Assembly: GCA_038210825.1 (NCBI GenBank)
Contig: JBBQWG010000017.1
Location: forward strand, 4,855-68,854
Reading direction: 5' to 3'
DNA from: Verrucomicrobiales bacterium
GTDB taxonomy: Bacteria > Verrucomicrobiota > Verrucomicrobiia > Verrucomicrobiales > V1-33
DNA: 64,000 nt
Part shown: piece after piece, positions 39,859-48,803 of the stretch
Layout of the letters: every line of letters starts with the position of its first letter
Numbering within the stretch: position 1 is the first letter of the stretch
Notes under the pieces: generated by a model
Databases searched by the model: none
What the model saw: only the letters and a program-made list of their open reading frames with translations
Told to the model about the DNA's origin: nothing
Made by a program: the position numbers and the translations under genes

Positions 39859-40830
39859 TCAATGCTCGGCATCCCCGGCGGTCGGGCTGATTTCGCCTGC
39901 AGGCAGGTGGCCGCTGGGCGAGAGGACCATGAGGCTCCGCCGGTTTTTCAACCATGCCTCGTATCCGTCCGCAATGCCGAGCACCAGTTTCCGGCGGTAG
40001 CCCACTTCCTGAATCCGGCGGCTTTCCGCAGGATTGGACAGGAACCCGCATTCGATCAAAACGGCAGGACACAGGGTGCGGCTGGTCATGGCCAGATCAT
40101 CGCGGTTTTTGATGCCGCGGTCCCGGGCCCCGGTGCGGGTGGTCAGAGCCGATTGGATGGCAAGGGCGAGTTGCTGGCCGTCATCGGCAAGAGTGCCCTC
40201 CACGGGCAAGCCCTCTGCCGTGTGCAGGCGGGCCATCACTTCGGGTTTTTTCGGCCATGAATACCAAGTCTCGACCCCGCTGGCATCGGCAGCTCCGGCA
40301 TTAAAATGAATTGAAATCAGGGCCAGCCGCGGTGCCGCATTCACAAAGGCCGGCCGTTCTGCCAGTGGCATCGTGGTGTCGGTTTCCCGGGTGAGCACAA
40401 CTTCATGACCACGCCTCCGCAATTCCTCCGCCAAACCGAGGCCGATTTTCAGGGTCCAGTCCTTCTCCAGTAGGTTATTCCCCACCGTGCCCCCATCCGC
40501 TCCCCCGTGACCGGGATCGATGACCACTACCCGGTTCCGGTTGTTTTCCGGCTCCGTGGGGGAACCGGCAGGAGGAGCGGTTTCGTGGCCCACCGGGGTG
40601 ATGGATCCCGGAAACCGGCCAAAGTTTTCACCTAAACCCCCCGGTAACCCTGGGGCCAATTGCGCGATTCCGCCATGCCATGAGGGGGACTCTACCTTGG
40701 CAATACACCACCAAAAGCCCGCCAAACTGAGCAGAGCCACGCCAGCGCGCAGCAGAAAAAAGGGTCGTGCGAAGGGGGAAACGACAGCCACCGGACAAGG
40801 GAGAAAAGAATTTTTTAGAATCTTCAGCAA
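39859..40830 (-). CDS. N-acetylmuramoyl-L-alanine amidase (Amidase_3), membrane-anchored; start uncertain
   Basis: IDPGHGG, EKDWTL, LTRE, SIHFNA and LIECGFLSN motifs. Confidence 0.92.
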   Translation of the reverse strand: MLKILKNSFLPCPVAVVSPFARPFFLLRAGVALLSLAGFWWCIAKVESPSWHGGIAQLAPGLPGGLGENFGRFPGSITPVGHETAPPAGSPTEPENNRNRVVVIDPGHGGADGGTVGNNLLEKDWTLKIGLGLAEELRRRGHEVVLTRETDTTMPLAERPAFVNAAPRLALISIHFNAGAADASGVETWYSWPKKPEVMARLHTAEGLPVEGTLADDGQQLALAIQSALTTRTGARDRGIKNRDDLAMTSRTLCPAVLIECGFLSNPAESRRIQEVGYRRKLVLGIADGYEAWLKNRRSLMVLSPSGHLPAGEISPTAGDAEH

Positions 40831-40874
40831 ACTTATTGAAATTTGCGTCTAAGTATTTTAAAATATACATCTGT

Positions 40875-42062
40875 ATGAACTATCCGCAACTCTGGAGATC
40901 ATCAGGCCTCGCGCTTCCCGTGCTGCTGGCCGTCCTCGCCGCTCCTGCCCATGCTTCCGGTCATACGGTTCGCAGTGGTGAGACTTTGACTTCGATTGCG
41001 CGGAAACATCAGGTATCCCTGACTGCCATCCAAAAGGCCAATCCGGGGATCAATCCTGGCAAGATTGTGCAAGGCCAAGTCCTCAGACTGCCTGGCCAAG
41101 GCAAAACTCCTGTTGCCGCCGCCCCGGTCAAACCGGCTTCCAAAAAAGCCGTGGTGGCCAAAACGGCCAGACCCGGCGGAACTCCTGCCGGCATAAAACC
41201 GGTTTCCCCTCCCGCCCAGGCCGGGCGCCGTCCGGTGGCGGAAGCGGACCGGCTGACGGCCGCTCCGGCCCCCCAACGCCGATCCACCAAGGGGATCACC
41301 ACCCATCGTGTCCGCCAAGGCGAGACTCTGGTGGGCTTGGCCCGGCGTCACGGCGTTTCCGTTGCCGATCTGGTGGAAATGAATGGCTTGGACAGCACTG
41401 ATTTGATGGAAAACCAGAAGCTGATTCTCCCCGCCCTCTCGTCGGCACCCGTTCCTGCCCCGTCCCGGTCCGCCGTGATGGATCAGGAAAACACGGTGGA
41501 TCTCACCCCGCCCGTAGGGCGGGTACAGGAGGAAGCCAAGCCGCCCCGGCGGTCCGCGCCGCCGGTGAACCCCCCGGCCCCCCAGGGAACTTATTACCAT
41601 GTCGTCAAAAATGGAGAAACCCTCTCCTCGATTGCCCGGGACCGCGGAGTCACGGTTGCTGCCCTGAGCGAGGCCAACCGCTCGGTGGATCCGAAGCGGC
41701 TGGCAGTCAACCAACGTCTCAACATTCCCGGCGTCCAAATGGCCTCCCGGGAATCCGGCACGGAAGTGATTGATGAAGCCGCGCCGGCCCCGGTGACGTC
41801 CTACCGTTTCGGCACTGGGGAGGAAGCCGGAACCCCGGAATCCCCGGAAACCAATACCTTTGGCGACCCCTTGGCCGAAGGAGCGGAATTCAGCCGGCTT
41901 TCCTACCGGGTGAGCGAGCGGGACAGCATGGACAGTATTGCCCGGGAATTCGGCACCACCCCAAGGGCTCTCCGCCAATTGAATCAGATGGGCCCGTTTG
42001 ACCGCCTCACGGCCGGAAGTTTCATCAGCGTCCCCTGGCAGCTTGTGGCCTGCGCTGAATAG
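40875..42062 (+). CDS. Secreted LysM-only protein (four LysM domains)
   Basis: HTVRSGETL, HRVRQGETL, HVVKNGETL and YRVSERDSM repeats separated by P/A-rich linkers; no catalytic domain seen. Confidence 0.9.
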   Translation: MNYPQLWRSSGLALPVLLAVLAAPAHASGHTVRSGETLTSIARKHQVSLTAIQKANPGINPGKIVQGQVLRLPGQGKTPVAAAPVKPASKKAVVAKTARPGGTPAGIKPVSPPAQAGRRPVAEADRLTAAPAPQRRSTKGITTHRVRQGETLVGLARRHGVSVADLVEMNGLDSTDLMENQKLILPALSSAPVPAPSRSAVMDQENTVDLTPPVGRVQEEAKPPRRSAPPVNPPAPQGTYYHVVKNGETLSSIARDRGVTVAALSEANRSVDPKRLAVNQRLNIPGVQMASRESGTEVIDEAAPAPVTSYRFGTGEEAGTPESPETNTFGDPLAEGAEFSRLSYRVSERDSMDSIAREFGTTPRALRQLNQMGPFDRLTAGSFISVPWQLVACAE

Positions 42063-42114
42063 CCATTTGTCATGACAAACGGTGCCGTATGGCTTGCGGC
42101 ACCGCCATGGTTGG

Positions 42115-42154
42115 CTGCCCGGCAGGGGATTCCCCTGCCGGGCAGTTTGGTTTT
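42115..42154 (+). terminator. Intrinsic terminator downstream of the LysM gene
   Basis: CTGCCCGGCAGGGGA-T-TCCCCTGCCGGGCAG (perfect 15-bp arms) followed by TTTGGTTTT. Confidence 0.7.
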
Positions 42155-42292
42155 CGGGGGCACTGGCCGTCGTGACCCGGCGGTCCGGAATGGCCTGAGG
42201 CAGGCAGCACGGGATTCCACGGGCCCCGCGCCTAACCAAAAGAATTCAACTGGAATTTTTTTAAAAAGTTCGGCTCTCTTTCTAAAAAAACC

Positions 42293-42320
42293 TTGTCCCG
42301 GGCGCGGGTCTGGCTACCCT
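42293..42320 (+). promoter_or_regulatory. Candidate dnaA promoter
   Basis: TTGTCC-N16-TACCCT preceded by an A/T-rich tract. Confidence 0.4.
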
Positions 42321-42588
42321 GAACCCGGGCCCTGTTCTCCGTTAGGACGGCAGGGGCCCGCCCCGTCCCACTTCCCCGATGTCTCTTTCCTCTGCCGTCA
42401 GCTTCCGTGCCCTGCGACCTGATTTGAAGTCAATCTCCGATCCGGTTCCCGCACCCAGCCCGGCCCTGTCATCCCCCATCGAGCGGACCCCCGGCCGCGT
42501 TGTTGTCACCATCCCAGGGTTTTCCCTCTGAACCCGGATGATCCATTCTGACCCGACTGCTGCCACCCTATCGCCTGCCTTGTCCCCG

Positions 42589-44133
42589 ATGTCCGATGTG
42601 AATGCCCTGGCCACCCTGTGGAATCACGTGGTGGATAATCTCCGGACCCGGATTTCTCCGGATGCCTATGACCGCTGGTTTTCATCGCTTTGCCTGACCG
42701 AAGCCAGTGATGAGCGGGTGCGGCTGGTAGTGCCTGATTCGATTCACCAGTTGTGGATTGAAATGAACTATCTCAATCCTCTCAAGGAATCCTTCCGCGC
42801 CATCACGGGAATCATGCCGGCCCTGGAATTCCTTTCCGGCGAAACCGGACATCCTGCCATGGCCATGGCGGCGTCCGTCAAAGCGCGCCGTCTGGCTTCG
42901 CGGCCGGCCAGAAACGGGGAGCGTCCGCGCCCTTCCATCAATAATGGAATGGAGGAATCATTGCCGCTTGCCGCCGCCAGTCCGATTGTTTCTGCCGGGC
43001 GGGAGCCGCAGTTGGATGCGGCCGCGCCTGAAGAGGCGGGCGAATCTAACGGGGACGGAGCAGAAGAAGGGGTTGGTGCTTCCAGCGCAGAGGCCGGTCA
43101 GGAACCCGGGGAACAGGTCAGCCCCCGCCATACCTTTGGGACTTATGTGGTCGGAGCCAATAACCAATTTGCCCATGCCGCTGCCATGGCGGTGGCCCAG
43201 CGCCCGGCCCGCGCCTACAACCCCCTTTTCTTTTACGGGGGGACCGGTCTTGGCAAAACCCATCTGATGCATGCCATCGGAGCCCACATCCGGCACGCCC
43301 GTCCCAAGGCCCGGGTGCTTTACATCACCAGCGAGGAATTCACCAACCAGTTCATCGCGGCCCTCCAGGAACACTCCCTGCCCCGCTTCCGGAAACGCTT
43401 CCGTCAGGCCGACGTTCTCCTGATCGACGATGTCCAGTTCCTCGCCGGCAAGGAACGTTCCCAGGAAGAGTTTTTCCACACTTTCAATGCCCTCTTCGAC
43501 GGCAACAAACAGGTCGTCCTATCCAGCGATTGCCCGCCTTCCGAAATGCGGAACCTTGAGTCCCGGCTCGCCAGCCGGTTCGAATGGGGCATGATGGCTG
43601 AAATCACGCCCCCGGATGAAGAAACCCGCGTCGCCATCCTGCGCAACCGCGCCACTTCCCTGCGGGTGGATGTGCCTCCCAATGTAATCGACTATCTGGC
43701 CTCGCGCATCCGCAGCAACGTGCGCCGGCTGCACGGTGCCCTTTTCCGCGTGGCATCGTGGATTTCCCTGCACGGTCCCATCTCCATGGCCCAGACCGAG
43801 GATCTGCTGCGCGACCTCCTCCAGGAGGAATCCCGGCAGTCCATCACCATCGACAAGATCCAGCGGACCATCGCGGAAAGTTACGACATCCGCCTTGCCG
43901 ACATGACCAGCCGCAAGCGCCCGGCCAATATCGCCTTTGCAAGGCAGGTGGCCATGTATCTTGCCCGCGAACTGACAGGATCGTCCTATCAGGAAATTGG
44001 CGACGCCTTCGGTGGCCGCGACCATGGCACCATCATGCATGCCTGCCGCAGCATCGATGCCAAAATCAAGGAAGAGGAAAGCATCCGTCTCAAGATTGAT
44101 GGCCTTGCCACCGCGATGCGACGGTCGATGTGA
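42589..44133 (+). CDS. dnaA: Chromosomal replication initiator DnaA (alternative start 42538)
   Basis: YNPLFFYGGTGLGKTHL, DDVQFL, QEEFFHTFN, SRFEWG, SNVRRLHG, RQVAMYL and GGRDHGT motifs. Confidence 0.97.
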   Translation: MSDVNALATLWNHVVDNLRTRISPDAYDRWFSSLCLTEASDERVRLVVPDSIHQLWIEMNYLNPLKESFRAITGIMPALEFLSGETGHPAMAMAASVKARRLASRPARNGERPRPSINNGMEESLPLAAASPIVSAGREPQLDAAAPEEAGESNGDGAEEGVGASSAEAGQEPGEQVSPRHTFGTYVVGANNQFAHAAAMAVAQRPARAYNPLFFYGGTGLGKTHLMHAIGAHIRHARPKARVLYITSEEFTNQFIAALQEHSLPRFRKRFRQADVLLIDDVQFLAGKERSQEEFFHTFNALFDGNKQVVLSSDCPPSEMRNLESRLASRFEWGMMAEITPPDEETRVAILRNRATSLRVDVPPNVIDYLASRIRSNVRRLHGALFRVASWISLHGPISMAQTEDLLRDLLQEESRQSITIDKIQRTIAESYDIRLADMTSRKRPANIAFARQVAMYLARELTGSSYQEIGDAFGGRDHGTIMHACRSIDAKIKEEESIRLKIDGLATAMRRSM

Positions 44134-44203
44134 ATCCCGTGCCCGCTGCGATACCGGGAGCGTGCGGTTGCTGCAGGCCGGGCCGGGCCCGGGGAAAATT
44201 TTG

Positions 44204-44752
44204 TCAGGACCCGGACCGCCCCGGCGCTTCCGCATACCGGGCGGCGGAGTGAATGGCATTGCCGGGTCCGTCTCGCCAGACCGAGATCAGCCAGGTTTCC
44301 CCCGCACGGGGCCGGCTGCCCCGGAAGACAAACTTGCGGCGTCCGATCCGGACCTGTCCCCCGCGGTCGTGGGCTCCGGCAGTGCCCGCGATCAAATGGG
44401 CTCCGGTGAGGACTACGATGCTGCCGTCCTGCGGTTCACTGCTGGACGGGGCGGCGACGGTGCCCAGCCAGAGGGCCTGGGGCACTTGGCCCTCGGCCGC
44501 CTTCGCGGGATCCTTGAGGGCTCCGGTGCGCCGGGCGTGTTCGATCTGATCCTTGAGTTTTGCCGCCATGGGGCCAAGGCGGGAGTCCTCCTCCAGCCGG
44601 CGTTCCAACTGATAGGAGCGGTTCAGCTTTTCCAGCCACATCATGCCTGTCATGAGGAAGAGGCCACCGATGGCCATGACACCCCAGCGGAATGCCGGCA
44701 GTTGCCAGAACGGCGACGGCGGCGGAGCAGGCAGGGAGGAAGCACGGGCCAT
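44204..44752 (-). CDS. Hypothetical single-pass membrane protein
   Basis: TM segment WGVMAIGGLFLMTGMMWL; co-directional downstream of pfkB. Family not recognised. Confidence 0.55.
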   Translation of the reverse strand: MARASSLPAPPPSPFWQLPAFRWGVMAIGGLFLMTGMMWLEKLNRSYQLERRLEEDSRLGPMAAKLKDQIEHARRTGALKDPAKAAEGQVPQALWLGTVAAPSSSEPQDGSIVVLTGAHLIAGTAGAHDRGGQVRIGRRKFVFRGSRPRAGETWLISVWRDGPGNAIHSAARYAEAPGRSGS

Positions 44753-44819
44753 GGGAAAGGCGGAACCGCATTTAAGGCGGAATGCCCGGCCGGGAAACCG
44801 GGAATTCCGCGGTCCGGGG

Positions 44820-45731
44820 TCAGGCGATGGTGGTGCAGGCGCGGAATTCCGCGAGGCGGGTGGTGGCCTCCGCATGGGTCAGGGCGGCAAGGCGCTTCAC
44901 CCCGAACTCCTCGCAGGTGAAGGAAGCGAGCACACTGCCATAGACCACTGCCGAGGAAAGGTCACCGAAGCTGAAGGCGGATTTGCCAAGGGAAGCAAGA
45001 TATCCGGCTATGCCGCCGGCAAAGGTGTCGCCGGCCCCGGTGGGGTCCTCCACATGGTGCAGCGGATAGGCACAGGTCATGAATAACCGGTCCGGTCCAA
45101 AGAGGAGGGCTCCATGTTCGCCCTTTTTCACCACCACATACTTCGGTCCCAGTTCCAGTAGTTTGCGGCCGGCTTTGACCAGATTGGAAGTATCCACAAA
45201 CAGCTTGGCTTCGTCCTCATTGATAACAAACAGGTCCACTCTTGGCATCAGCTCCAGCAGGCGGGGCCGGGCGATATTGATCCAGAGATCCATGCTGTCG
45301 GCAATGACAAAGGGATTGGCAAGGCACTGTTTCAGCACATCGAACTGGTTATCCGGACTCATGTTGGCCAGCAGCAGCACTTTCACCGCCGCTGCTGCCG
45401 GATTGAGCCGGGGATTGAACTGCTCCAGCACGTCAATCGACACATTCAGCGTCTCCCGGTGGTTCATGTCGTCATGATAGCGCCCGGTCCAACGGAAGGT
45501 TTTTCCGCCTTCCACCACTTCCACGTTGTCGAGGTCAATCCCATGGCCGTCGAGCAGCGCCCGGTGTTCTGCCGGAAAGTCGGAGCCCACAATGGCACAG
45601 AGCTGCACCGGGCAATTCAGGCCTGCGGCAAGGGCGGCATAGGAAGCGCTGCCCCCCAACAATTCATGATGAATCGCCGAGGAGGTGTGAATGGAATCAA
45701 GCGCGACGGAACCGGCAATAAGAACAGACAT
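44820..45731 (-). CDS. PfkB/ribokinase family kinase
   Basis: GSVALD, LGGSASY, NEDEA, VVKKGEHG and DPTGAGDTFAGG motifs. Confidence 0.92.
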   Translation of the reverse strand: MSVLIAGSVALDSIHTSSAIHHELLGGSASYAALAAGLNCPVQLCAIVGSDFPAEHRALLDGHGIDLDNVEVVEGGKTFRWTGRYHDDMNHRETLNVSIDVLEQFNPRLNPAAAAVKVLLLANMSPDNQFDVLKQCLANPFVIADSMDLWINIARPRLLELMPRVDLFVINEDEAKLFVDTSNLVKAGRKLLELGPKYVVVKKGEHGALLFGPDRLFMTCAYPLHHVEDPTGAGDTFAGGIAGYLASLGKSAFSFGDLSSAVVYGSVLASFTCEEFGVKRLAALTHAEATTRLAEFRACTTIA

Positions 45732-45807
45732 GGTGAAGAAAAAAGAGGAGGATCAAAGTCCGGAGGAAGAACGGAACGCCTGCCCTTAGCGTGCCCGCCC
45801 CGGGGCT

Positions 45808-46443
45808 TCAACCTGAAATGCCCGCCAGCTGCCCCGCACAGCTGCGGGCATAGGCCGCCGGGTCTGCCGCCAGCAGGATCCCACTAACCACCACCACCCG
45901 TTGGGCACCTGAGGCGATCACCTGCGGCAGGTTCTCCAGTTTGATGCCGCCGATGCAAAAAACCGGGACGCCGATCTGCGCATAAACCGCCCGGATGCCG
46001 CGGGTGCCGATGGGCAAGTAACCGGGTTTGGTAGGGGTGGCAAACAGGGGGCCAAATCCGAGGTAATCGGCCCCCTGCTCCATGCCCTCCTGCGCCTGGA
46101 CCAGACTGTGCGAACTTTTGCCCACCCAGCACCCCTGCCCCGCAAGACGTTTCGCCTCCGCCACCGTCATGTCGTCCACGCCGACGTGCACTCCTTCCAC
46201 CCCGGTCCCGGCCGCCAGCGCCGGATGGTCATTGATGATGAAGGGCACGCCTGCGGCTTTTGATAGGGGGTGGAGTTCCCGCGCCAGTTCCCCGATCCGG
46301 TCGGGCAGGAGTTCCTTGGCCCGCAATTGCACGATGTCGACCCCACCCGCGATCATCTGCTCCAGCATGACACCCATGTCCGCCGGGTCGCAGTAACCGG
46401 TATCAAGAATCCCATACAGGCGGCATTGGTGAAGAGATCGCAT
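45808..46443 (-). CDS. thiE: Thiamine-phosphate synthase
   Basis: VQLRAK, FIINDH, GVHVG, GKSSH, DYLGFGPLFATPTK, IGGI and VVSGI motifs. Confidence 0.95.
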   Translation of the reverse strand: MRSLHQCRLYGILDTGYCDPADMGVMLEQMIAGGVDIVQLRAKELLPDRIGELARELHPLSKAAGVPFIINDHPALAAGTGVEGVHVGVDDMTVAEAKRLAGQGCWVGKSSHSLVQAQEGMEQGADYLGFGPLFATPTKPGYLPIGTRGIRAVYAQIGVPVFCIGGIKLENLPQVIASGAQRVVVVSGILLAADPAAYARSCAGQLAGISG

Positions 46444-46620
46444 ATGGCTCCTTCCTATCCGGCGGATCCGGAAGCTGCAAGACCAAGGGCGGAAGGGCGG
46501 CCTGTTTTGCCGGCTGGGATCAGCCGGCGGAAAATCCCCCGACTTCCCACCTGGTAAACTTTGCAGCAAACCCAAGCCGTGATATACCTGCGGACTAGCT
46601 TTTTTCCGCATCTTCCCGTC

Positions 46621-48225
46621 ATGTCTCCTTTCCCCTCCATTCTCATGGCTTTTGCGGCGTCAGCCGTCTGCCTCTTCCCGCCACCTGCCGCTGCGCAGGA
46701 GGCAAACCCCCAGCCGGTTCCCCCGGCAATTCCGCGCCTGAAATCCCTGGATTTTGCCCCCTTCTCTCCATCCATGGAAGGCCTTGGCGGAGAGCGCGCG
46801 GCTGAATTGCACAACCTCGTGAAAAATGCCACGCTTCAGGAAGTGCAGGCCGCCCTGACGTCCGGTATATACACCTCGGAGGAACTTACCGTCTATTTTC
46901 TGAAGCGCATCCGGCGCTACGATGACGACCTGCGCTGCTACCTTGAATTGAATCCCCTCTGCCTGGAGGAGGCCCGGGAATCCGACCGCCGCCGGGCGGC
47001 AGGCAGATCCCGTGGCCCCCTCGAGGGCATTCCGCTCAATCTGAAGGACAACATCGGCACCGTGGCGCCACTCCACACCACGGCCGGTGCGGAGATTCTC
47101 CTGACACATTCTCCGGCCAAAGATGCCACGGTGACCCGCCGCCTCCGGGAAGCCGGCACCGTGATCCTCGGCAAAGCCAGCCTGTCCGAACTCGCCGGTT
47201 CGCTGACCACCGATCCCCCCGGCTTCAATGCCATCAGCGGCATGGGAGTGAACGCCTACCGGAAAGGCCTGCCCGTCTCCGGCTCCAGCAGCGGCTCCGG
47301 CATTTCCACCAGCGCCGGCCTGACCCTTCTGAGCGTGGGATCCGAAACGTCAGGATCGCTCATCGCCCCCGGAGCCGCCAATGGCGTGGTGGCCATGAAA
47401 CCCGGCCTTGGGGTGGTCAGCGGGGAGGGCATCGTGCCCCTGATCCGCTTTCAGGATTCTGCCGGCCCCATCGCCCGCCATGTGGCTGATGCCGCGCTTC
47501 TGCTGGGGGCCATGGATGAATTGGACACCGACTACACCGCAGCCTTGAAACCGGATGCTCTCGAAGGGGTCGCCGTCGGCGTGCTGCGGGCCAGCCTGGC
47601 CGGCAAATCCCCGGCCGGCAAAAATACCGAATGGCTGCGGCGCATTGATGAAGGCCTGGGCAAAAGCAAAGCGGCGGTCCGCGATATTCCTGACACTTTT
47701 CCGGATAAACCGGACATCCTGCCGATCATCTTCATGGGACTGGAACTGGACACGCTTGGCTATATGACCGCCGCCGGAATCCCCGTCAAAACCATCGCGG
47801 ACTTGAAAGCCTACAACTCCGCCCAGCCGGAAACGCGCATCCCCCGCGGCCAACACCTGATCGACCTCGCCGCCCGGAGCATGCCCGGAATTCTAACCGA
47901 ACTGAACGCAGCCAAGGAACCTCTGGCCAAGGCATACGAAAAGCAGGCTCTGGAGTTGCGCCGGAAAATGGCCGCGCTGCTGGATCAGGCCTTCCATCAG
48001 TCCCAGGTGGAAGTGCTGGTCAGTCTCGCCAACGCCCATTCGGATCTTTATGCCACGGCCGGTTATCCCGCCATCACCGTGCCGCTGGGCCTGGACACCA
48101 ACGGCACTCCGAACGGCATCACTTTCATCGGAAAACCCGGCCAGGACGCCAGGCTGCTCGCCTGCGCCTACGCTTTCGAGCAGGCGACGCGGCTCCGCGT
48201 TCTGCCGGCTTCCACGGCGGATTGA
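46621..48225 (+). CDS. Secreted amidase-signature family hydrolase
   Basis: LKDNI, GKASLSE, SGSSSGSG, GSETSGS and YPAITVP motifs; signal peptide. Confidence 0.92.
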   Translation: MSPFPSILMAFAASAVCLFPPPAAAQEANPQPVPPAIPRLKSLDFAPFSPSMEGLGGERAAELHNLVKNATLQEVQAALTSGIYTSEELTVYFLKRIRRYDDDLRCYLELNPLCLEEARESDRRRAAGRSRGPLEGIPLNLKDNIGTVAPLHTTAGAEILLTHSPAKDATVTRRLREAGTVILGKASLSELAGSLTTDPPGFNAISGMGVNAYRKGLPVSGSSSGSGISTSAGLTLLSVGSETSGSLIAPGAANGVVAMKPGLGVVSGEGIVPLIRFQDSAGPIARHVADAALLLGAMDELDTDYTAALKPDALEGVAVGVLRASLAGKSPAGKNTEWLRRIDEGLGKSKAAVRDIPDTFPDKPDILPIIFMGLELDTLGYMTAAGIPVKTIADLKAYNSAQPETRIPRGQHLIDLAARSMPGILTELNAAKEPLAKAYEKQALELRRKMAALLDQAFHQSQVEVLVSLANAHSDLYATAGYPAITVPLGLDTNGTPNGITFIGKPGQDARLLACAYAFEQATRLRVLPASTAD

Positions 48226-48568
48226 ACTTTTCCTCATGGATAAATCCTGATGGATACGAGAGCTGCCGGGACTAGTTGCTCATCTCCAATCCTTAATAAA
48301 AAACTGAGCCGCCCAAGACGATCTCATTTTGGACGCGATGCAGCGTGTAGCCGGCTTGTCCGCGGACGAGCGCGCCCAAGTGAAGAGCCCTCTCGCCTCC
48401 GTCCGTCTGGACCGCCAGCGGAACTCCCTCCGCACCGGCCCCACCCCGGCTGAACGGATTGCGGCCCTAGCCGCATTGAACCGTGCCAGTGACGGCTGGC
48501 TAGCAGAATTTTTGGGCGCGGAACGATTTGGGAATGCCGCGCAGCTTCGTTCGGCGGGATCGGTTATG

Positions 48569-48718
48569 TGGAGTGCGGTGGCCCTCCGCCGCTTTTGCTT
48601 CGGGCTAACGGGATCGACGCACGAACGCCCGGTTCACGGGGGAGGGGGCTTCTGAAGGCTCCGCGCCCCATGCCTCCGGCATCATACGAAAGCGGCGGAG
48701 GGCCGCGCGCACTCCATA
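48569..48718. repeat. REP doublet (inverted GGAG-foot palindromes)
   Basis: TGGAGTGCGGTGGCCCTCCGCCGCTTT and AAAGCGGCGGAGGGCCGCGCGCACTCCA in inverted orientation, about 92 nt apart. Confidence 0.75.
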
Positions 48719-48721
48719 ACA

Positions 48722-48755
48722 AAACACCCCGCAGACGAAAGTCTGCGGGGTGTTT
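48722..48755 (-). terminator. rpsA intrinsic terminator (likely bidirectional)
   Basis: AAACACCCCGCAGAC-GAAA-GTCTGCGGGGTGTTT perfect stem with T tracts on both sides. Confidence 0.85.
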
Positions 48756-48803
48756 GCGATGGTTGCCAGGAAGCGTGGGGCGTCCTGATCCGGAAGCAGA
48801 AGC

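Noticed and set aside
40800-40875. AT-rich tract as an oriC unwinding element
   Set aside because: No DnaA boxes adjacent; more simply explained as a divergent promoter region.
42618-42760. DnaA-box-like 9-mers inside the dnaA 5' coding region (TGTGGAATC, GGTGGATAA, TGTGGATTG)
   Set aside because: One or two mismatches each, and two are explained by conserved Leu-Trp codons of domain I; not enough to call boxes.
46444-46620. TPP riboswitch upstream of thiE
   Set aside because: The CTGAGA and ACCTGA..TAAT..GCG.AGG core motifs are absent.
48250-48655. ORFs 48250-48453 and 48329-48655 as genes
   Set aside because: No family motifs; the longer one runs into the REP element and is preceded by an in-frame stop. 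At best a decayed fragment.
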